A DNA stretch of 64,000 bases from Eledone cirrhosa (lineage: Eukaryota): positions 25,482,001 through 25,546,000 of the forward strand of contig OZ024763.1 of the NCBI GenBank assembly GCA_964016885.1, read 5' to 3'. Within the stretch, counting starts at the first letter, position 1; each line of letters begins with the position of its first letter. This document shows positions 55,449 to 64,000 of the stretch, one piece after another. The position numbers and the translations under genes were made by a program. The notes below the pieces were generated by a model. It had not been told where the DNA came from. It worked only from the letters and a program-made list of their open reading frames with translations, and did not search any database.

Positions 55449-58400
55449 CATCATCATCATCATCACCGTTTTACGTCCGTTCTTCCACGCTAGCATGGGT
55501 TAGACGGGTTGTCCTGTTGTGGGCAGTGTCTGGTCGGCTGACCATGCCTTGCTCATACAGGAACTGATCTGGCTTGATTTCTACAGCTGGATGCCCTTCC
55601 TAACACCAACCTCATTTACAGTGAGTGCTGGGTGCTTTTTCGTGGCGCCTACACGTCCACTTTACAGTGTGGGCTGGGTGCTTTTTTGCCGTGGCACCTC
55701 CACGACCACCTTGCGGTGGGGGGGGGGGGGGCATATTGTTTATATGCTTCAGCATGTACCCATGGGAGGTCGGGTACCCTGTATTACTGCGTGACGCCAG
55801 AAGTCACGGTCGTGTGTCATTGACTTTGAGAGGTGTAGTTGGGTAAGGTCGGCTTTTATCACCTCATCCCAAGTCATCTTGGGTCTCCCCACTCCGCGGT
55901 TTCCATCAACTTCTAGTGCTCTGCACCTTTTTATGCAGCTGTCATCCTTCATACGCATCACATGTCCATACCAGCGTAACCGCCTCTCCTGCACGCAGCA
56001 TTTGATTCCTCTTATGCTCAGTCTCTCTCTCAATTCATTTATGCTTTGTCGTTCACGTATATTACTGTTACACATCCATCGGAGCATGCAGGCTTCGTTT
56101 CTCTCTAATCTATGTAAGTCTTCCACCTTCAGCGCCCAGGTCTCACTACCATGCAACATCGCTGTTCGGATACACGCATCATACAGTCTGCCTTTCATTC
56201 TGAGGGAGAAGCCTTTTGCAGCTAGCAGTGGTAGTAGTTCCCTAAACTTCTTCCATCCCGTTCTTACCCTAGTTATTGTACTTTCTGAGCACCCACCTCC
56301 GTTGCTAATTCGGTCACCTAGGTAGCAGAAGCTGTCTACTGTTTCTACAGGGCCCTCCCAGAGATTGGTGGTACTTGTTTCCTGTGGCTGTTTGCTTGCT
56401 GTTTCAGCACAGCTGCTGCATGTGAATCCTACATTCTTAATTAAGCTTCCTGAGATCCCGCTACATCTCTTGTGTACCCATTGTTTGCATTTGGGGCAAA
56501 GAATGGAGTTCCTACCTACACCTTTCCTACATACTGAGCAAGGCCATTTCCCTGAGGGGATCTGGGTTCTGTTTTCTCGTCTACTTATAAGGACCTTAGT
56601 CTTTGTCATGTTGACTTTGAGGCCCTTTCTCTCTAGTCCCTGCTTCCAGGTTTGGAATTTATTCTCTAGTTCTACCATAGATTCAGCTATGAGTGCGAGG
56701 TCATCAGCATACAGGAGTTCCCATGGGCATCCGGTCTTAAACTCCTCCGTTATTGCCTGCAGGACTATGATGAACAGGAGAGGGCTAAGAACAGAGCCCT
56801 GGTGGACCCCAACCTGTACGCTAAATTCCTCGCTATACTCATTGCCAATCCTAACTTTGCTGACTGCTCCCCTATACATGGCTTGTACCGCTTTCACAAG
56901 CCATTCATCTACTCCTAGTTTTCTAAGAGCCCACCAGATTACTGCACGTGGAACTCTGTCAAAGGCTTTCTCAAGGTCGACAAATGCCAAGTAGAGTGGC
57001 TTACTTTTAGCTAGGTACTTTTCCTGTAATTGCCTCACAAGGAAGAGCGCATCAGTGGTGCCTTTCCCTGGAACAAACCCAAATTGCATCTCGTCTATAT
57101 TCACCCGGTCCCTAATCAGCTGTGCTATAACTCTTTCTGTTACTTTCATGACCTGGTCCATCAACTTTATACCTCTATAGTTTCCTCTATCTAGTGCATC
57201 GCCTTTACCTTTGTAGCAGTTGACAATGATGCTACTGCACCAATCTTTTGGTATGGCCCCCTCTAGTATTACCTGGTTAACGATACGTGTGGTTATAGTG
57301 TGACCTACAGACCCAGATGCCTTCAGCATCTCGGCAGCTATACCCGATGGACCGGTTGCCTTCCCTATCTTCATATCTCTGATTGCCTTACTTACTACGC
57401 TGCCGCTGACTTGTACTGCTGGTCCCTCTATAGGGTCTACGTGGGGTAGGGTCTCTTCTTCCCATGCATTCTCCTCATTTAGTAATCTATCATAATGACT
57501 CTTCCATGCATCTTTCTTCTCAGCACTTGTGAGGGCAAGCTCACCTTTATCATTCCGGATACACTTCTCTCCAATGACATCACAACTATCTCTGACACAC
57601 TGCCTCGCAATCTTGAATACCTCCTGTTTCTGGTCCTCACGTTGTAAAACATGCTTGAATTTTCTATCCTCTGCTTCCCTCCTAGCTAAGTATACTTGTC
57701 GCCTAGCTTCCCTCTTGGTCTCTATGTAATGTACCCTGCTCCCCCCGTTCTTCCATTCTTTCCATGCCTGTCTCTTGGCCTTGACTGCTTCATCTACCTT
57801 ATTGTTCCACCACCAAGTCACTCTCCTCCTGCTTGAGGTCTTACTCCAGCCACAAACCTCATCCGTCGCCTCTAGTAAGTTATTTTTTAGGAACTCCCAG
57901 TTCTCTTCTACGTTAAATGTCTCTATCTGTTCTTCTTTACTGTCGTAGGCGTTGAGTAAAATATCTTTAAATCTGTTACTGGTTGAGGGGACTTTCAGCT
58001 TCCAGATCTTTCTTCTCCAGGTTGGCCTCTGTTTCAGGGCTCGTCTAGTTCTGACCGTGAGGTCGCTGACAACTAAGCTATGTTGGGATGTACATTCCTC
58101 ACTAGGGAAGGCTTTTGTGTTTACGACCGTCCATCTGTCACGTCCTCTGATGAGGATAAAATCTAACTGACTAGAGTGCTCCCCTGATCTATAGGTGATC
58201 AGGTGGTTGTCGGGTTTTTTAAAGTTTGTGTTACATATCGACATGTCATTGGCGTCGCAGAATTCTAGAAGTCTGAATCCTTCCTCATTCCTTGTGCCAA
58301 CTCCATGGCCTCCATGTACTCTATTGAAGCCGTCGCAGTGTTTACCTACGTGTCCGTTAAAATCTCCTGCAATGATTAGGAAGTCCTTGTCGTCTGTTAG

Positions 58401-58860
58401 AGCAGTAGTGTGTATTAGGGACTCGTAAAACCTATCCTTAAGTTCGTCTGGCAGCCCCGATTGGGGTGCGTAAGCTGATATTATTGTGGTAATTGTCTTA
58501 TTCAGGACTAGTCTGAGTTTAATGATTCTTGCATTTACCCTGTACACTGAGATTACTTTATCTACCCACTTGTCAGCTAATAGTATACCTACACCACCCA
58601 TCCCATCGTCATTTCCCACCCAGAAAAATTTGTAGCACTGGCTTTTTCCTACAAGGACTCTAGCAGACCCTCCTCTCCATCTAGTCTCTTGCACACAGCA
58701 TACATCAACTTCCTTTCGCTCTAGCATTTCTACGATTTCTCCTGCTCTTCCTTTCATTGAGCCTACATTGATGGTACCAACTCGGAGTTTTGGGCATTTG
58801 TCGACACTCGTAGGGGAGGGTCTCTGGGTTGGCGCTTCACGTGGGTGCTTGGTAGCTCGC
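55449..58860 (-). mobile_element. Near full-length RTE-clade LINE: APE endonuclease + reverse transcriptase + PHD-like Zn finger, ~300-bp 3'UTR ending in (ATG)n
   Basis: Uninterrupted ORF to 55749 with TINV, VQETRW, AGDFNGHVG, SQLDFI, SQHSLV, QFGF, FVDLEKAFDRV, GVHQGSVLSPLLF, LYADD, RRLRWYGHV; 5' end abuts (TA)n. Confidence 0.95.
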
Positions 58861-58877
58861 AATATATAAATATATAT

Positions 58878-58930
<53 letters not shown>

Positions 58931-58961
58931 TCACAAGAATCAAAGCTATGTTCAAAGCATT

Positions 58962-59012
58962 TATTCACTTACAATTGTTTCATCCAAACCTAGGCTTGGA
59001 GTCTTCGGCGCA
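58962..59012 (-). ncRNA. Hammerhead-like motif
   Basis: CCGAAGA-C-TCCAAGC-CTAG-GTTTGGA-T-GAAA-CAATTG-TA; palindromic loop III, weak stem I. Confidence 0.5.
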
Positions 59013-60075
59013 TTTTTCAATGTTTGTACATATAATTGACCTCCTTTCCAACGCAAGAGACATACAGATACATATATATATTGATGTACAGTGGAGTGAC
59101 ATATATTATACTATACTATCTTTGTACAGCAATTCATTATTAATTTTTTATACAATTTCAATATTTTATACATACAATTATCAATTTTTTATACATAACT
59201 ATAAAAAGTTTAAAATATACATAACCATAAATAAGTATCCTTAATATTATATATATATATATATAGGGGGAGAGAGAGAGGGGGAGAGACAAGGGAATGC
59301 TGTGTGTTTTTGAGGTAACAGAAAATAGTAGATAGACAGAAAGTTATGACATCGCCCCTTCTATATAGAGAGAGGGGGAGCGCCAATCTTCACAGTTGTT
59401 TGTCATTTCTGTCGTGAGATTCAGTTATATATATATATATATTATAAAGAATCGGGACCCGACAGCTGAGCTCTTGCCGTTTCAACAGTTGGTTCTGGTA
59501 CTAGCTGTTGAAATGGCAAGAACTCATTTGGTCATTACATGAGAAAATCTTGGTCAGCCTATGAAAGAGTTATGTTAGAGCTGTGAAATCTTGCATGCAC
59601 TAATTTCAGCTCTTCTTAATAAATGCATTGTTTCTTTCCAGGAACTATGTTGAAAAAATAAACCTCATTTGGTCATTTCATGTGAGTGTAAGTGTGTGTT
59701 TATGACTGTATGAAGAGGTGTGTGTGTGTGTGTGTGAAAGACAGTAGAACCTATGAATTTTTCAGCCATCCCTCCTAAGTAGATGGGGTAGCATTAGGAG
59801 ATTAGGAGGTGATGATAAAGATAGGAGTGTAGGGGGTGTATTTATGACTGCATGAAAGAGTGTATATGTGCGTGTGTGCAAGGCAGTAGAGCCTATGAAC
59901 TTTTCAGCTGACCCTCATAGGTAGAATGGTGACATCAGGAGGGGATGATGAAGATAAGGGTGTAGAAGGTTTGTTTATGATTGCATGAAGGGGTGTGTAT
60001 GTGTGTGTGTCTAGAAGTTATGCAAGTGTTTAGGCAGTAGTTGTGATGGTGGTGGTGGTGGTTGAGGGGTCTTAC

Positions 60076-60207
60076 CTATAAATGCATTCGGTATAGTAAT
60101 CTTCAACCACATTCTGTCCCTGATTTCAAGACCGGAATCAGCCTGCGCCATTGCTTTCACAACGGATTCCATATCTGTATTTACAGTCAAATTTAAATCA
60201 TCAAATC
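60076..60207 (-). CDS. dvl: Dishevelled exon, DEP domain N-part ([44 protein letters not shown])
   Basis: [21 protein letters not shown] is a DEP hallmark; ttttcag / GTAAG; 132 nt, phase 1/1. Confidence 0.96.
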
Positions 60208-60285
60208 CTGAAAATAGAAACAGAAAAATAATTAGATTGGAAACAAAGTCTCCACTTGAGTACTTGCTAACAGGGAAAAAGAACA

Positions 60286-60494
60286 TTAACCCTTTAGCAT
60301 TTAAACTGGCTTCATCTGGCCAGAATTCTTGCGCCTCTTTCTGTTCAAACCAGCTGTAACCAGTTGCTCATACCTACATTAAGGTATTGTTCTCAAAATA
60401 AATAAACTCTCGTAGATTCAATATTATGTGAGTTAAACCTTTACCATGAAAATACAATAGTATATAGAGAGTAATGTAAATGTTAAAGGGTTAA
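60286..60494. mobile_element. piggyBac-type MITE (TTAA target); tandem copies at 7810-8265, 17460-18599, 21329-21749
   Basis: TIRs TTAA-CCCTTTAGCATTTA ... TAAATG(C/T)TAAAGGG-TTAA. Confidence 0.8.
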
Positions 60495-60659
60495 GCAATG
60501 CACCTAAATTCAAAATCTTCAGGTCAACTTTTCTATTCTTCTGAAGTTAATAAAATACAGTACCAGCCATGTACTGGGGTCAATGAAATTGAATACACCC
60601 CAACATACACACAAACACAAAAATTGCTGGCCATGTGCACAAATCAGAAACCATTATTA

Positions 60660-61340
60660 TGGTGGATTGGCAGTATCGGTAGAGGGTCGGATGCCATGCT
60701 TTGCAGTATAGAGTTACGGCCCTTTCTCATCTGAGTTCAAATCCCCTCGAGATTAACTTTACCTTTCATCCTCACGGGGTCGATAAAATAAAGTACCAGT
60801 AACGCACTGGCGTCAATTTAATCGACTTTCCCCTCCACCAAAATTGTTGGCCTTGTGTCTAAATCATAAACCAATCGGTAGAGGGTCGGACGCCATGCTT
60901 TGACGCATAGAGTTACGGCCCTTGCCATTCTGAGTTCAAATCCCGCCGAGGTTAACTTTGCCTTTCATCCTTACGGGGTCGATACAATAAAGTACCAGTA
61001 ATGTACTGGATAATTGCTAGCCTTGTGCCAAATGTAGAAACAATTATTTATTCAAAGTAATCCAACTTATTTTAAAAACGGGATAAAAAAATATATTCTG
61101 GACGCAGTCCTGCACTCCTTTCTTTATGGTTATCGTTATTATTATAGTTTGGGCAGTGGATTGGCAGTATCGGTAGAGGGTCAGACGCCATGCTTTGCAG
61201 CAAAGAGTTGCGGCCCTTTATGGTCTGAGTTCAAATCCCGCCGAGGTTAACTTTGCCGTTCATCCTTACGGGAGTCGATAAAATAAAGTACCAGTAATGC
61301 ACTGGGATAATTGCTGGCCTTGTGCCAAAAGTAGAAATAA
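60660..61340 (+). mobile_element. Three tandem copies of a second tRNA-derived SINE family (also at ~17612-17795, 23010-23225, 23335-23525, 33915-34270, 39425-40005, 51090-51265; longer relative at 8380-8840 and 45820-46440)
   Basis: TGGCAGTATCGG A-box, GAGTTCAAATCCC B-box, central GCCTTTCATCCTTACGGGGTCGATAAAATAAAGTACCAG resembling Meta/Sauria-type SINE cores (family assignment by recollection). Confidence 0.8.
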
Positions 61341-61394
61341 TTATTGTTATAGTTTGAAACACTTGTAAGGGCTTGAACTCCACAACACACGCAG

Positions 61395-61406
61395 GTAGTA
61401 GTAGTA

Positions 61407-61452
<46 letters not shown>

Positions 61453-61606
61453 CAGTAATAGTAGTAGTAGTAGTAGTAGCAGCAGCAGCAGCAGTAATAG
61501 TAGTAGTAGTAGCAGTCAGTAGTAGTAGCAGTAGTAGTAGCAGCAGTAGCAGCAGCAGTAGTAATAGTAGCAGTAGCAGTAGTAGTAGTAATAGTAGTAG
61601 TAGTAA

Positions 61607-61641
<35 letters not shown>

Positions 61642-61768
61642 ATAGTAGCAGTAGCAGTAGTAGTAGTAGTAATAGTAGTAGTAGTAATAGTAGTAGTAGT
61701 AGTAGCAGCAGCAGTAGTAGTAGTAGTAGTAGCAGCAGCAGTAGTAGTAGCAGTAGTAGTAGTAGTAA

Positions 61769-61801
<33 letters not shown>

Positions 61802-61847
61802 CAGTAGTAGTAGTAGCAGTAGCAGCAGCAGTAGTAGTAGTAGTAGT

Positions 61848-61888
<41 letters not shown>

Positions 61889-61938
61889 CAGTAGTAGTAG
61901 TAGTAGTAGCAGTAGCAGTAGTAGTAGAAGTAGTAGTA
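61395..61938. repeat. (TAG/CAG)n trinucleotide tract directly after an exon donor
   Basis: Direct inspection. Confidence 0.95.
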
Positions 61939-61943
61939 CTTAC

Positions 61944-62167
61944 TCTCCGATTCCGGTATCGAGCTAGTTAACGATGAACTGGTAGATGTCATGGTACTGA
62001 GCGAGGAGCTGACAGGAGCACCGCGGCCCATGTATTCAGCCCGCATCGCTGTGGTGTGTGCCACCCAGGCAGAGGGATCAATTGGACGAACAGGTTCTTG
62101 ACGAGGTACTGTGAAATAACCTTTGGGGTTGGGGTCCCAGCATTTGGCGACAACTAATGTGATAGGT
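61944..62167 (-). CDS. dvl: Dishevelled exon ([38 protein letters not shown]...[11 protein letters not shown])
   Basis: Conserved VAKCWDP and [10 protein letters not shown] motifs; ctacag acceptor, GTAAGT donor; 224 nt, phase 2 to 1, in frame with neighbours. Confidence 0.96.
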
Positions 62168-62896
62168 CTGTAGGGAGAGGCAGAGAGAGAAAGAAAGAAC
62201 ATTAAGATGGTAGTGGTGGTTGTGGTGGTGGTGGTGGTGATGGTGGTACTAATGGTGTTAATGGTGGTGGTGATGGTGATGATGATGGTGATGATGATGA
62301 TGATAGTAGTGGTGTTAATGGTGGTGGTGGTGGTGATGATGGTTGTGGTGGTGGTGGTGGTGGTGGTGATGATGATGATGATAGTAGTGGTGTTAATGGT
62401 GGCGGTGGTGGTGATGATGGTTGTGGTAGTGGTGGTGGTGATGATGATGATGATGGTGATTGTAGTGGTGTTAATGGTGGTGGTGATGGTTGTGGTGGTG
62501 GTGGTGATGACAGTAGTGGTGGTGGTAGTGATGATGGTTGTGGTGGTGGTGGTGGTGGTGGTGGTGGTGGTGGTAGTGGTGGTGGTGGTCGTGGTGATGA
62601 TGATGATGATAGTAGTGGTGTTAATGGTGGTGGTGATGATGACAGTAGTGGTGGTGGTAGTGATGATGGTTGTGGTGGTGGTGGTGGTGGTGGTGGTGGT
62701 GGTGGTTGAAATGATGATGATGGTGTGGATGAGGATAATGATGATGATGATCCTGCTGCTGCTGATGGTGATGGTGATGGTGATGGTAGCAGTGGTTGTA
62801 ATTATGTTATGAAGATGATGATGATGATGATGATGATAAGGATGATGATAAGGAAGATGATGATGATGAGAAGGAAAAAGGAGGAGGAAAGCTTAC

Positions 62897-63025
62897 CCGG
62901 GCTTTTGGACAGCTTCACGGAGTGTTCGGACAGCATCATCATTACTCATATTTTCAAAGCTAATACCATTTACTTCCAGAATCATGTCTCCTGGTTCGAT
63001 ACGGCCATCCTGAGCTACGGCACCA
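62897..63025 (-). CDS. dvl: Dishevelled exon, PDZ domain C-terminal half ([43 protein letters not shown]); upstream exons lie beyond the window
   Basis: Matches the conserved Dvl PDZ motif [16 protein letters not shown]...[11 protein letters not shown]; ttgtag acceptor and GTAAG donor; 129 nt, phase 2/2. Confidence 0.96.
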
Positions 63026-63330
63026 CTACAATGACAACAATGGAAACAAACATTAGCGCGGGACTTATGTTTTATATATACACAGATATACACATACATA
63101 AAAGAGGAGGGCATGTTTGTGTATGTGAATGAATGTGTGGGTGTGTAAACATACATATATATATATGTGTGTGGGTGTGTGTGTGTGTTTGTGCATGTGT
63201 GTGTGTGTGTGTGTGTGTGTATATCCTGGGTTCAATCGGCGGTAACGACAGTAAGTAAGGTACTCAATACATAGTAGAGTTTATAATGTTTAATATAGAA
63301 ATGTTTCTACAAGACTAGAACTATTTCATA

Positions 63331-63393
<63 letters not shown>

Positions 63394-64000
63394 CATTTCA
63401 TTTTATTTTATGTTCGCTTTTTCCCTGCTTGCAAGGGTGGGACGGGAACTGATTCTGGCTTGATTTCTACAGCTGGATGCCCTTCCTAACACCAACCTCA
63501 TTTACAGTGAGTGGTGGGTGCTTTTTTTGCCGTGGCACCTCCACGACCACTTTGCAGTGGAATGATATGGACCCCAGTCCCTATCATCTCATTTCTACAG
63601 CTGAGTAAACTGGAGCAATGTGAAATAAAGTTTCTTGCTCAAGGAAACAACACATCACCCGGTCTGAGAATATATATATATATCTCATCATCACCGTTTT
63701 ACGTCCATTCTTCCAGGCTAGCATGGGTTTTGACGGGTTGTCCTGTTGTGGGCAATGCTAGGTCGGGTGACCTTGTCTTGCTCATACGGGAACTGATTTT
63801 GGCTTGATTTCTACAGCTGCATGCTTTTCCTAACACCAACCTCATTTACAGTGAGTACTGGGTGCTTTTTTACTGAGGCGTCTAGACGACATATATATAT
63901 ATATATATATGTATATGTTCAATAAAAGTTGTTTTGGTGAAAAACAGGAGTAAGCAGGAGAAAGCTCTCAACATTTGTTGAGTTACGGTGTGCAGCATAT

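Noticed and set aside
58861-58955. N-terminal extension of the 1068-aa LINE ORF (and 28561-28684 of the 964-aa ORF)
   Set aside because: Read-through into flanking microsatellite; the element's own 5' UTR and start appear missing

Overview
Repeat-saturated animal genomic DNA, most likely a cephalopod (Octopus-like). This is inferred from the dense (TA)n/(CA)n/(CAT)n tracts and the RTE LINE and tRNA-SINE types. The window holds the 3' part of a Dishevelled (dvl/dsh) gene on the minus strand: six GT-AG exons that splice in frame, covering the PDZ C-terminal half, DEP domain and the terminal [14 protein letters not shown] motif. The introns contain young RTE-clade LINEs with an internal PHD-like zinc finger, tRNA-derived SINEs (one sharing its 3' tail with the LINE), TTAA-type and other MITEs, and four minisatellites. 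Two layers are not explained by the ORF track. (1) Candidate phase-compatible microexons (18, 15 and 6 nt, plus a frameshifting 17 nt) and an alternative terminal exon lie in the two large post-DEP introns. (2) About ten minimal type-I hammerhead-ribozyme motifs with palindromic loop III occur mostly inside long palindromes inserted in (TA)n tracts, resembling Penelope-like element remnants. Most listed ORFs are microsatellite artefacts.
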